This document shows, in pieces, positions 1-12,400 of a DNA stretch of 64,000 bases. Location of the stretch: positions 121,582,001 to 121,646,000 of the forward strand of contig NC_042999.1 in assembly GCF_006345805.1 (NCBI RefSeq), read 5' to 3'. The notes beneath the pieces are model-generated. The model searched no databases. It saw only the letters and a list, made by a program, of their open reading frames with translations, and was not told the DNA's origin. This DNA comes from Octopus sinensis (taxonomy: Eukaryota). Each line of letters starts with the position of its first letter. Positions within the stretch are counted from its first letter, which is position 1. Made by a program: the position numbers and the translations under genes.

Positions 1-479
1 AACTCAATCATAAGGCATCCTATCAGTGGTGCTCAAAATACTCAACTTCAGTCTTCCATGTTTTCCTCATACTTTCTCCAGCACAAGTATCTTTTACAAT
101 TAGTACATGACACATTTTAATAGATAGAAATGCAATTTTAAGGATTAAATAAAGGTTATAAGATAACTAATTGCCAGATAAACAAGTTTATTTTAAAATG
201 TTAATACACAAAAAGCTAAATATAGTCTTCAAACTATTAGCATTTAAGAACTTAAAAGTAAATTCAAAGTAAAGAACTGGTTAGCAAATTTAAGATATAA
301 AAATAATTTAGGGGGAATTAAAAGCAATCTGCAACCACTAGTGATGGTCACTAAAAAGCAAAATGGTTTAAGATCAGATACAAATAAGTGAGTGAGTTTT
401 AAACTAATACCTGAGACAAATGCAACACCAACGTTCTGAGGATTGACTGGAGAATGAAAAGTTGAAACAGAACACTGAA

Positions 480-2250
480 AGGGCAGAAAACTATGAATCA
501 TGTGAAAGATATTAAAGAAAATGTAAGAAAAAGGGAAAATAGAACTTTATCAGATATTGGCAGTATCTAAAATTATTGTTGGAATTATTAAAGCAGAACT
601 TAGAAACTAATGATTTTACAATACATGAACTGGTTCTTAATCCCCATACTATATTGAATTGAATAGTATTAAATCTGACTGTCCTGCTCCCCAAATATGA
701 AAAATTTATTGAGGTAGAGAACTACAGACTAATATACGCCTTGTACAATATTTTCTTGGGAAAACTGACTAGATATATGAACAGCCATAATGCTTGGAAT
801 GACATGTAAAATGAGAAATAATTAGAAGACAATGAGACAAAAGTGTTAAAAGGAAGATAAGTGTTATCTTCAATGACATGAAAGTACCAGGAAAGCCATT
901 GTCATTTGAAGGTAGCAATGTTGTGTAATCAAAAAATGATGAGAGATTATATAAAGCAGAAAAGATAAGAGTGGGTATACAGAAGAGAATATTAGTAAGA
1001 ATAAAACTTTTTAATCCACAGCAATGAATGAAGATAGACATTGCAAAAATAGGCACAATGATTGCAGTTGAAATCAAAATTCTAATAAGGAAACTAATCA
1101 AACAGGAACAGCCTGACAAAAATCTAGTGAAAACTATAAAGTACATCATAGTTCCAGTTGCTGCATATGTAATAAATGTGGTTCACATCAGCAGTGCAGA
1201 TCTAAATATGCTGGTTGAAATCATTAAGAAAATGCTAGCAGAGAATCTAATGCTTAGCAGACAAGAGGATGAAAAATAACCATGAAAAGAAAATGGGCAG
1301 TAGAGCAGTTAAGGAAACAAAAGTTAGAGTAGCATATGTAACTGGATAAGTAGTGCATGGAAGAGAGTGATCAGGGAGAAATACTGTTATATTAAAAGAG
1401 AAGCAAAAATATCATACTTAGCAACAACAAAAAAAGTATTGGGGAGGGAGTAAACACTAATGATAAAGAGATCAGATGGAATGGTACAAGGAATGAAAAT
1501 GTAAAAGAGAATATGAAAATTAGTGTAGACAACCTAAAGCTTAAGTAGGATAAGAATTGAACTCTACATAGAAAAGTCCATTCAGAAAAAAAAAGCATGC
1601 AGAAATTAGAAAATATCAAAAGCTAGCAATTAAATGCATTCTAAAAAGAAATATACAAGAAGATTGTACCAGTTGTGATTGATTACTTAGACAAGAGAAT
1701 GTCCGACATTCAAAGAATAGAAGTAAGTTAATTAGGAGAAAAAGAGTAATGTAGGAAATATGTATGCAAAAGATTATTGCGTGATTGTGATACAATGTTG
1801 AGAAAGGTACAATCTGTAATTTTCCAAATGGACTACTCTTAGGTCTTTAAAAGGATTCATGAATCTTTGGTAGCCTGGAATATTCTGGCTTACTATAAGT
1901 GACTATGAAAAATAAAATAATATTAGTCAGTTTACTTGAAGTCTTGAGAAATAAGTGCTGAAGAAGCTATTAGAATACAAAGAGCACTGTAAATAATTTT
2001 TTTTTTTTTATCTTGGATAAGATGTTCCTAGATGATAGAAAAAGTGGACAGAATTATCCAAGGAAATTGAACCATTGTATACTGGACAGCCATGACAATC
2101 ATTACAACAAGGTGAACAGAGAACTCTCAGTTGCTGAAATTAGAACCTTTACTGAGTGAAGCTAGAAAGTAAATTTTATTATTTAGTTCCACTGAAGTAT
2201 TGATGCATTTTAAAATAAGCATTTAAGAAAGTACTGCCATTCAAATGGAG
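480..2250 (+). mobile_element. Decayed, internally deleted R4/Dong-like non-LTR retrotransposon (RT region remnant)
   Basis: The + frame near 680-800 reads LTVLLPKYEKFIEVENYRLIYALY, matching the RT N-terminal T.L.PK...NYRPI motif. ORF 1028-1279 (NLVKTIKYIIVPVAAY...DLNMLVEIIKKML...MLSRQEDEK*P*KENGQ) aligns by eye with the post-RT N.IKAIN..AVPV..Y...DL..LD...RK.L...RLY..R..GGRG segment of R4/Dong-type elements. Many stops; boundaries approximate. Confidence 0.6.
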
Positions 2251-2421
2251 CTATAAATAACAGTTTCTAATATACTCGTTAAAATTCTTCTTGACAATGG
2301 AAAAAAATCAACAGAATCTCTTATGGAAATCAAGGAGTAAATTTGTAATATACTTGAAAGCTGTGATGGATTACAGTTTGATTTTGTGATTTGATTTCTA
2401 TTGGTGAATATGTACAAATAT

Positions 2422-3790
2422 GAAGGGTCCTCAGAAGTAGTAGATAGTTTCTAGGTGACCTATTTAGCAGTGGAAGAGGATGTTCTGAAAATGTATAATA
2501 GCTAGCTTAAGAAGTGGCTGGAGAAAGTTCAGTGTCCTAATACCTTTGCTGGCAACAAAAGGTCTCTCTGTTTCCCATTCTCTTTGCCTCTTTCTCTTTC
2601 TCTCTCTCTCACTCTCTCTCCATTTCTCTTTCTTATGCACACAGAATGAAAGGGAGTTTGTATGTTGTTTGTATACAAACAGTAATGTTACACAGTAGTG
2701 AAAAATGGGCCCTGAATAAGGGGGACATGCGAAGACTAGAAAGGATTGAGGCTAGCATGCCTTTCCATTGTATTTGAAATATCAGCTGGCATGCACAACA
2801 AAGTGCAAAACTATTGAGAGAAATTAGGCAAAGAGGTATCAGATGTATGCTAATTCGGTCATATGCTGCATATGGATGAGAGCAGCTATCTATGAAGTGC
2901 TGATTGCTTAAAGTACATGGAACCAGTGTGAAAGGGGGAGATCCTGGAAGGCAAAAGCTGATCTCAAGATATTGAACCTCACTGAGGAGATGATAAAGGA
3001 CTAAGATATTTGGTGATTCTCTGTAATTAAAAAGGTCCACCTATCATGGTGAAAGTGAGGTCCTAAAAGAATAATATTTATGCCAGTATATTCTGGGCCC
3101 AGCCTCCAATCTACTCCTATCAATTATTCACTATAGCAACCCTTGTGTTTCTCTGACCTCCATCTTTGTCTCTGTACATCACCATCTTCCTCTACTCTCA
3201 TACCATACACATCATCTCTCTACTTTCTGATCTATCTACAGATTTATGATTCTGGTGCTTTTCACTCCTCTGCTGTTTCTTGTTTCCTCCATAATGATAT
3301 TTACATCAGCCACACTCCTGTTCATTCCTCACTGCTTCCTTATAGACCCTATCTCTAACAACCTATCATTCTCGTCACACACTCTTATGATGGAGCACAC
3401 TCTCTCTTCCTGCTGATCCACATCAATACTCTCCCTTATTTTTACCTTCTTGTACTGTAAGAGTATGCTTTGTCACGCCTTCATTTCAATTTTATCTTTC
3501 TCCCAGAAACTGTTATCCACTCCCAGATAATGAGGAGTAACCATGTATCTCATCTGTAGCAAGATACCTATGCTTTCTCTTTCATATTCTAACCTTCAAC
3601 ACCTGACATAAAGCCACCTCCTCTCTTTCAAGTACACTCCTACTGAGTTTAGAGACTTCTTCCTTTCTTTTCTTTGTTTTGCAAGTTACTTGGTGATCTC
3701 AAGTTACTTGGTGACCTGCAGTTTGTTGGATCCTGTTGAAGTGTCCAGTCCAAGCCAGCATGTAAAATGGACTATAAATGAGGATGTTAT
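2422..3790 (+). mobile_element. 5'-truncated RTE-clade LINE (RT C-terminus, pyrimidine-rich 3' region, tail)
   Basis: Decayed translation resembles GSLEVVDSF.YLGD...W.KF..L.PLLATKG and KG.LY..C..TVMLH.SE.WALN..DMRRLER.EASM. It is followed by a pyrimidine-rich 3' segment (3100-3720) and a degenerate CCAGCATG...AAATGAGGATG terminus. It mirrors the element at 39030-40700. Confidence 0.7.
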
Positions 3791-3934
3791 ATAAATCTAC
3801 CAATTGCCAGCAAGCCATAGCACAACTTTTCTTATCTCTCATAGATACATATGCTGTCAAACTGTAGTGAACCAAACAACCTTACTACTGAAGGCACACC
3901 CTTTTGTATGCTCCAAAAATTTAAGGATACAATC

Positions 3935-5600
3935 ATAACTGTTGACATAATGAACAGTAGGTCTGCTGAGTCTGAAAAGTTGTTAGAACAGACATAAGTG
4001 GATATGTGCTGTGTAAAAGATCCTCAACCAAACTCCTCACTAGCAAGAGACAACTGTACAAACTTTTCTGAGTGAGTGATAGTGACTGTAGGGACAAGTT
4101 GACATTCTGCTAACTAAGAAATTGATAAAGAAATTGGAGTGATTAGGGTGTGTGATAGAAAATTTTAGATGACTGTAGCTATAAGCAGCTTAACAGCAAT
4201 ATTTATCTCTGCATATGTGTCACAGGTGGAACTGAAAAGCAGCTTTTATGGGGCCCTTCTGCTGATTTCCTCAATGACAACAGCAACTTCATTATCATGA
4301 CTGGTTACTTCAACGGACATGTTGACCTACACAAGGATGGCTTCTGTGACATACATGATGGCTAAAATATTGTTTAAGAAATGAGGTTGGTGTAAGGCTT
4401 CTGCAGTTCTGTGATCCAACTGATCTAAAAGTTTACAACACATACTTTAAGAAACCCGTCAACCACATCATCACATATCAGTTTGGTGAACTTATAAGTC
4501 AAATAGATCATACTATCACCAAGATATGGGATAGAAGAGCTATCATAAATATCAAAAATCTTTTCTAGCAAAGAATGCACTTCAAGATATAGATTAACAG
4601 CTTCTGACTTAAGAGTTAGAGCTACACTGACATTGGAAAAGAAGACAATATGAAATATAAAAGACCCTACAATTGAGAATAGATTTAGAGAAATTTTAAT
4701 TGATGCATCTGACTTCAAAGTGAAAGATTTAGATCTGTAGTACATATGGCAATCACAAATAAACTGTTTAAGGCTTCAGAATAGCCTACCTAAGGCTACA
4801 GATCTGACATGTGACTGGGGTAAAGTCACAACCAAACAGAAGATAAACTTGGTGGTGGAATGACATGACAGCCTTAGATAACATGGATAGAAACTGGTAG
4901 TAGGATGGGCATTATCAAAAGCCTAGAAGAGCAGCTAGGTAACAAGTATATAAGGCAGAAGCAGAGATTTATATATCCTGCAATGTGAGAACGAGAGGCC
5001 TGAAGTGTTCAGGTTTGTAAGACTGGGAAATAGAACTAAGATATTGATACAAAGTGTATTCAGAATAATGAAGGTATACTAACTATAAATATGGAAGACA
5101 AGAAAGTGGAATGGAAATGCAATTGAAAGTGGCTACCAAATATGGAGAATGCATGGGATATAGAGGCATTATTCTTGCTGATTCTACTGAGAGACCAGCA
5201 ATTCGAGTTGACAGCTGTATGATTGATTGAGGCTGACAGCAGTATAATTGAGAAAGCAATTAAGGCCATAAAGAGAGTAAAAGGTATGGATCCATCAGGG
5301 GTAGTTGTGGAGATGGTCAAAATATTTGATGAGATAGGATACATGACCACCACCCAGATAGTTGATCAAGTTCTACAGGAAAGCATTATACCTACTAACT
5401 TGCATAGCGGTGTCATCATGAACTACTACAAAAGCAAAGGTAATATTTTAGTGAATAATTGGAATTATAGAGCAATCAAACTATTGGGTCAGGTTATGGA
5501 AAGAGTCGTAGGCCAATAGATCGGTGATAATAGATCTTGAAGAAATATAATTTATCTTTATGCTGGTAAGAGATACCATGGATGCAGTCATCACATCTAA
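3935..5600 (+). mobile_element. RTE-clade LINE fragment: AP endonuclease plus N-terminal RT
   Basis: APE motifs are visible: VDIMNSRSAE...VDMCCVK (~3945-4020), ISAYVSQV (~4205), GYFNGHV (~4300), and NTYFKKPVNHIITY..QIDH (~4435-4510). ORF 5223-5519 (DPSGVVVEMVK...IPTNLHSGVIMNYYKSKGN...NYRAIKLLGQVMERVV) is the RTE pre-RT region. Confidence 0.8.
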
Positions 5601-6648
5601 TAGTCTACAAAATTATATTCATTGCACGATACAATTTTATTGGTGAAATTTCACCAATATTTCTCAATAGCAGTCAAATTTACATCTACACATTAAAACG
5701 GCAAGATGGAATAAACAACATTCTCGATATGATGACTCCATCCTAAGTCTAGGCTCATTTTAGTGTAATTTTTGGAGAAACATGTTTACTTAGTAATTAG
5801 TTCATCCGTTTGTTGAAATTCTAGCTCAAACTCAATATTCATGACAGTGCACACTTTTGCTGCATGTGAATTCATCAATTTGACAAACAGGGTCAGTATA
5901 CCACCCTCTTTACTTACCTGGCACTTTTTGCCATATCATGGCCAGATTTAGCAGTGACCATATCAAATTTGTGAGAGTTTTTTTTTTCTTATGATATAAA
6001 AATCTTGAAGAAAATATATTTTCTTCTAAGTGAAAATTAAAGATAAAATTTTCACTTCTATACTCTGTAACGATTATCTGACATACCTCCATCGATTTTT
6101 ATATCAAATGAAAACAGTTCATGAGCATATGATTTTTGAGATAATTCAAGTTATAGCAATTGCTCTTGAACTAGAACAAAAGCTACTGTTCATTAGTACA
6201 AAAGGGAAAAAAAAAGTGGGACAAACTTTGTAAAGGCATAGAAATACCAAGGTGTTTGAAGGACCCTGACATGGTATGTAACTGTCGATTTTAATTAAAT
6301 CTGTGAAGAACATGCATATCCAGAACTTTCAAATGATATATAATTTTCTATGAAAAAAATTTGTTTTGACATGAAAATAATGAAGCAAAAGGTGTATTTT
6401 TGTGTGTTCAAATGTGCTTGTCACCTTTCCACAGTATTCTATAGTGATACTTAATTTTATCTTACTTTCTTATGAATATTTATATGTAAGTTTTGTGTTT
6501 TATAAATCTTTAATCTCTTCAAGTATAGATATAATACAATGTTTTTTATCCTTCTTCTCATTTTTGTGTATTTTTTTCTGTTCCACACCTATTTTTGAAT
6601 CTCATTGAGCCTTGTGGTTAATAAAGAAAATATTATTATTATTATCAT

Positions 6649-6680
<32 letters not shown>

Positions 6681-6705
6681 ATTATTAATTATTATGATTA
6701 TTATT

Positions 6706-7216
6706 AAGACAACAAGCTGGCATGTGGTGAATGTAGGAGATTAGAAGTAAGACACCTACCTTCTCTTTGTCGATGCAGACCTCTCCGATGGTAACCTACC
6801 CTTCCACGTAGCCCAACCTGAAACGCTAAGAATAGCAGCTGCTGTCCCTCACTTTGTCAAAGTGCTTACATGTCCAGCACTCTCAGCTACCCCAATCGTA
6901 AAAGCCCAATCGTCCCCTGTCTGCACTCGTGTCACCTACGTGCCCATCCTCTTCTGGTCAGCTCCCAAGTTCCGGTCAGCTCCCCAGCTGCTGATGTCAT
7001 CCCAGATGGCAGAATCGTTAGAATGCTGGGCAATATGTTTAGCAGCATTTCATCTGTCCTTACATTCTGAGTTCAAATTCTGCCATGGTTGACTTTGCCT
7101 TTCATCCTTTCAGGGTCAATAAATTAAGTACCAGGGTAATACTGGGATTGATGTAATCGACTAGTCCCCCACCCCAAAAATTTCAGTCTTTGTGCCTTTA
7201 GTAGAAAGGATTATTA
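6706..7216 (+). mobile_element. tRNA-derived SINE interrupted by a 284-bp insertion
   Basis: The head AAGACAACAAGCTGGCA resumes as TGGCAGAATCGTTAG at 7007. The body GAGTTCAAATTCTGCC...GACTTTGCCTTTCATCCTTTC...AAGTACCAG is shared with copies at 8495 and 9025, and there is an (ATT)n tail. Confidence 0.8.
6723..7006. mobile_element. Probable solo LTR
   Basis: GC-richer insert starting TGTGG and ending CCAGA (imperfect inverse of TGTGG), flanked by a 5-bp duplication TGGCA (6718-6722 and 7007-7011). Confidence 0.6.
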
Positions 7217-8347
7217 TTGTAATTATTGTTGAAATCATTGGAAAAAATGTGCTTCAATTCCTGTCATGCTCAACTTGATGCTTCATACTTCCAAGATTGA
7301 TAAAATAAAGAACCAGTTAAGGAGTAGAGTCAGTAATATTAACTAGCCCCATCCCCTCAAAATATCTGGCTTTGTGCCTAAATTAGAAACCACTATTATG
7401 TTATGTTATTCTGAGGGATGTCACTCTGAGATTTGGTGAGAACAAGTCTCTTCTGATCTCAAGAATCTTTGTGAGGAATTTTGCAGAATATAGAATGGCA
7501 CTTTTCTGAAGATCAAAGATCAACAATATGTGTCTTGATTCCAACATCAGCCAAACTCTAAGGTAGTAGTTTATGTATTGTACAAAGAGCATTAATTACC
7601 ACAAGAACACTCAAGTACTATATTTTCCCTAATTTTTCTGTCTTCTCTTTCTTTTATATTAACTCTTCTATCATATAGGATTGTGAAGTCAATGATCTCA
7701 CACTGTTTGTTCTTTCTCTTCTCCACAGTCATATCTCGTCAGTTTGCTTCATATTATGCTTATTTTCTATGAAGAACTCCCATAAAATCCGGTAATTATT
7801 TATTCACCATGACAGCCTCTAGCTCGTGTTCATATTATTTTTCTTACACATCAAATCTACAAACTGGCTCACATCCTAATGCTCATTTTTGGTGATACAC
7901 TTCAACTTGCATTTATAGATTTTTATGTTAGATTATTGTACTTGTTTTGGAGATGGTTAATACTTTTGTCAGCTTTCCTATATTTTGTACTTACTTGTCT
8001 AACTGAGGATTATCAATCTATGTGTTTATGAGATTTGTTTTAACCCTTTTGTTACTGTATTTATTTGGAGATGCTCTGTGTTTCTTTCAATTACTTTAAA
8101 TATAACAAAGAATTTAGTAAAATAACTTAGTTATCATTCAGCTAGTGTTAGGAACATAAATTGTGACTAAGGTTTGTTGGAAGATTTTAATTCAGAACGA
8201 TTGAAAACAAGGCATTTGTACTCAGAGACAGAGCCAGTTTCAGCCAGGTTGGTAATGAAAGGATTAATGGTGTGTTTCTGAGCAGCTATAATCAGTGATT
8301 CACTTTCTTGTTTCAGATTTATTATTATTTTTTATTTTTTATTTCTG

Positions 8348-8765
8348 CTGAGGTCGACTTTGCCTTTCATCCTTTCAGGGGTGATTAAATAAGTACCAGA
8401 TATGTCCTGGGGTCAATGTAATTGACTTAATTCCTTCCCCCAAATTTCAGGCCTTGTGCCTACAGTAGAAAGGATTATTATTATTATCATTATCAAGGCA
8501 GCAAATTGGCAGAATCGTTAGCATACTGAATGAAATGCTTAGTGGTATTTTGCCTGTTGCTGTTTTCTGAGTTCAAATTCCACTGAGATCAACTTTGCCT
8601 TCATTCTTTTGGGGTTGATAAAATAAGGACCAGTTGAACACTGGGGTCGATGTAATCGACTCATCCCCTCTCTTAGAATTGTTGCCCTTGTGGCAATATT
8701 TGAATCCATTATTATTATTACTATTATTATCATTATTATCATCATCATTATTATTATTATTATTG
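8348..8765 (+). mobile_element. Tandem SINE copies (3' half at 8348-8480, full copy at 8495-8712 with (ATT)n tail)
   Basis: Same body as the 6706 SINE (GACTTTGCCTTTCATCCTTTC, AAATAAGTACCAG, GGCCTTGTGCC). Confidence 0.8.
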
Positions 8766-9024
8766 TTTTATTTGTTTGGTTTTGTAGTTTCTGACATGAG
8801 TTGAAAGTTTCCCTTCATTGTTCTTTCTCTATGATTTCATGGTCATTATATCATAATTAAATTTTGGAATTTGTACTGATTATTCTTTTAAATTTATCCG
8901 TTTTTATTAAGGGTCAAGTGCTTTATTCAAACTGATATTCTATTCTTATCATTTAAATTATATTCATATTTCAAATTTTCAGGGAGCCAAAATAACTACT
9001 GTGTATGAATATTAGTAAAACAGT

Positions 9025-9240
9025 AAAGCAGCAAGCTGGCAGAATTGGTAGTGCCTTGCACAAAATGCTTAATGACAATTCATTAATTTTTATGCTCTGA
9101 GTTCTAATTTCACTGAGATTGACTTTGCCTTTCATCTTCTTGAGGTTGATAAAATAAGTACCAGTTGAGCATTGGGGCTGATGTAATCAACTTACCCCTC
9201 CCCTCAAATTGCTGGCCTTGTGCCAAAATTTGAAATGAAT
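9025..9240 (+). mobile_element. SINE copy (same family)
   Basis: AAAGCAGCAAGCTGGCAGAATTGGTAG...GACTTTGCCTTTCATC...AAGTACCAGTTGAGC...GGCCTTGTGCC. Confidence 0.8.
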
Positions 9241-10720
9241 ATTAGAGGGGACAGTAAATTTGGAAGCACTGTACTCTAAAATATTGTCAAATCTTGCTCA
9301 ACTATTTAACACTAACTTGAATAGAATATTATCGAAATGCTTTAAATGTTGACTATCCAGCATATTTGTTCTTTTTACGTTTAACCACCAAATCTTCTAT
9401 CTTCTAGTCATTTGCCGCATGCATGTATCTTTATCCATCTTCATTTATTTTATTATGCAATCCAGTCAAATCAATATCATTATCTCTCACCATAAAAGCA
9501 GGAGCATGCTTCTGCATTTAAACATCAAACCATTGTAGATGTGATTCCCATTTCTAAAACCATTTGTATTTCTCAGAAGCCACTAATGTGGATTTTATTT
9601 TGATTTAGTGCTATATTTTTCCCAGATCACAAGTTCTCTCAAACAGAAATCTATAAAAAAAAATTTAAGGTTATATTTCCCTGCATCTTTAAGTTATATG
9701 ATAAAATCTAGCTTGACTTTTTACATTGACTATCATCTTTTGACATCTTTCCAAAAGTATTTTCTCAGTTACTAGATCCTTCTTAGTGAGATTTTCCATC
9801 TCTTTCTAAAGGTAAAAAGAAAATTGTGCTTATTCTGTAAAAGTTTTTCTTTGGGGATTATTCACTGTTCTCATATTCAAACGCATATGAATAACAACAA
9901 AATGAAATATAACTGAAGTGTATTTTCAAGATAACTGTTGAAATTTCTTAAAGAAAATATTTCAAATTCATATATAGAAAGATAATTGAAATATCCTGAA
10001 TCTGTTAGTTCACAAAACAATATAGCTTATTTAACACTGAAATTTTCTTGATCATAAACTGAAAACTTAATTAGTAAAACCTAAAGCCCTAAATGAATAT
10101 TAAAGTTATGCAAAAATAAGACACAAAATCAAACAGATTTTGTAAATGGTTTTTATGAAATATGATTAGTTATGATATAGCAAACTGAAATTCAAAGTAC
10201 CTTGTAAAATATGTATCAAAATGAAAAATTAATAATTTAAGGAAATGCATACTCATTAGAATTTCAAAAGATTTCAGCAATTTTAGGAAACTGTTTATTT
10301 CAGTAATTCCAGCAGGTCATGATGTACTGACTGATGTGAGAAAAGAAAAAAAAAAGATTCAGTGAACTGCAATTTCATTCTTAGATAAGAAAGAAGACAA
10401 AAATCTAGCATCTCAAAGAAAAGGATAGATGTTATAAAAAATATTGAAAGCTAACTTCATGGAAAATTTTCATACTCATGAAGAAATATGATTTTTGTTG
10501 CCATGAAAGTGACAGTGATATTTATGATTTAGTCTTACAGAGGTTCATCAGTAAAGCATAGTTATCTCAAACCTACCAGACAAAGGGCAAACAATTCTAC
10601 AAGTAGAGAAGGAGTTGAAAACATTTTTAGCATTTTAACTGTTGTAATTAGCATAATTGTTAAAGCTGAGCTAAGGAAAATAACTCAAATAGGTAACAGG
10701 AATTTAGATATTTTATGTAG

Positions 10721-10834
10721 GTGTTGCTTTACTGAATGGTGTGATTAAAAATTATTCACAGAAGAAAGAAAACAAAATCCTAAGGGACATTCATTTGCTG
10801 AGCAACCTAATATCTGACATGATTTATCTGAAAA
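10721..10834 (+). CDS. Candidate internal exon of an unidentified gene
   Basis: TTTTATGTAG|GT...AAAA|GTAAGA, 114 nt, phase 1-1, open frame VALLNGVIKNYSQKKENKILRDIHLLSNLISDMIYLK. No homology recognised. Confidence 0.25.
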
Positions 10835-11030
10835 GTAAGATAAAAAAAAAAAATAGAAGAAAGAGTTCTTGAAGAAGGTATTGTCAAAAAGCTGACTCAC
10901 CTTGTACATGTACGTACATAACATACACATATACATATTACAGATAATTATATATTTGTATAATATATTTGTGTGCATGTGTGTAACATATATACACAGA
11001 CATTATATATACATTACAAATGATATATAT

Positions 11031-11320
11031 GAGGTAAAGGCATGTGATGTAATAGTGTTGTACTCATGATCACAAGATTGTGGTTTTGATTCCCAGACTG
11101 ACAGTGTGTTGTGATTTTGAGCAAAACAGTTCATTTCACACTGCTCCAGTCTGCACAGCTGTAAATGTGTAATCCTTTGATAGATTGGTGTTCTGTTCAG
11201 GGAAAATGTTCACCTATCCAGTAGAGTGGTATCATTTGAAAATGCAACAATGTGAGGAAGTGCATTGTGACCAGTGGTGTATTACAACATCTGATAGTCC
11301 AGTCAATACAATAATATATG
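11031..11320 (+). mobile_element. Decayed tRNA-headed SINE (second family)
   Basis: B-box-like GGTTTTGATTCCCAG followed by a core-like segment TTGAGCAAAACAGTTCATTTCACACTGCTCCAGTC. Confidence 0.5.
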
Positions 11321-11560
11321 TATTATATGAATATAAGTTAATTGAAATAAACATCAGAGTTGCTTTGCTCCATGCAGAAAATGTAGGAGCTACTCAGAAG
11401 TATTGCAAACTCTTTCGAATCCATTGCAATGCAGACACCCTTCTGTATCATCAACATACATCTTAGCAGTATTTCATCTACCGTTACATTCTGAATTCAG
11501 ATTCTGCCAAAGTTGACTTTGCCTTTCTTCTTTTCGGAGTCAATTAAATAAGTACCAGTG

Positions 11561-11940
11561 TCAGGTACTGGAAAAGTGGGGTACGATCAACAGTGCAAGA
11601 TACAGTACTTTGCTGGCCAACAAACTGAAGCCAGCAATTCGCACCAAACATTGAAGTCTATTGTTGAAGAAAGGTTTGTTGTTGCATGACAATGCACACC
11701 CACACACAGCTGCCCAGACCATTGAAACCATTAACCAATTGTGCTAAAAGCCTCCAATGAATTTCAGCACCTGGCACACCTCCCGACCAGAGAAATTGGA
11801 TCACTGCTCTTTGTTCTTCTCTGGTGCACATTACTAGTGGAGTAGCCATGCTTACACTGTAATGCCAGAAACAAAATGGTATGATCAAGATCAAGCTCAA
11901 ACTTCAATCAGGTACAATAGTACCAACTATAAGCAGAAGG
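11561..11940. mobile_element. Rearranged mariner transposase remnant (catalytic piece on +, N-terminal piece on -)
   Basis: + strand 11570-11740 reads TINSARYSTLLANKLKPAIRTK...LLLHDNAHPHTAAQTIETINQL (mariner HDNARPH motif). - strand 11866-11742 reads MATPLVMCTREEQRAVIQFLWSGGVPGAEIHWRLLAQ (mariner N-terminal HTH). Confidence 0.8.
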
Positions 11941-12009
11941 CTGTGTAACAATAATAAACACATGTTATGACAAAAGTGCAGATAATCTTTGACTACCCCT
12001 CATATACAT

Positions 12010-12223
12010 TATTCTTTTATTTGTTCCAGTCAATTGACTATGGCCATGTGGGAGCATGCCCTTGAAGGGTTTTAGTTAAATTGAACCCAGGACTTATTTA
12101 TTAAAGACTAGTGCTTATTCTATGCATTTATTTTGCTGAACTGCTAAGTTATACATAAACACACCAACACCAGTTGTGAAGTAGTGATGGAGAGGGGGGG
12201 ACAAACACAGATACATAGACATG

Positions 12224-12257
<34 letters not shown>

Positions 12258-12400
12258 CACACATCTATACTTATACACAAAACGCTTCTTTCAGTTTCTG
12301 TCTATCAAATCCACTAACAAGTCTTTGGTTGGCCCAAGGCTATAGTAGAAAACACTTACCCTAGGTGCCATGCAGTGGGACTGGATCCAGAACCATGTGA
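12010..12400 (-). mobile_element. SINE (third family) with internal (CA)n
   Basis: Shares CAGTCA(A/T)TTGACTATGGCCATG, TGCTAAGTTA and GGCTATAGTAGAA...CACTTACCC..GGTGCCATGCAGTGGGACTG with copies at 42790, 43490 and 54770. Confidence 0.7.

Noticed and set aside
5918-5987. Minus-strand exon ending at a consensus CAG|GTAAGT donor
   Set aside because: The acceptor is poor (followed by an A10 run), and its open phases do not join the other minus candidates.
6706-9240. CRISPR-like array from recurring GACTTTGCCTTTCATCC motifs
   Set aside because: Irregular spacing, long shared bodies and (ATT)n tails identify these as dispersed SINE copies in eukaryotic DNA.
10303-10700. Decayed coding-looking stretch; similar ones at 13030-13310, 25600-26080, 28590-28750 and 38680-38850
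   Set aside because: Multiple stops in every frame and no recognisable family. Indistinguishable by eye from old repeats or random moderately AT-rich DNA.
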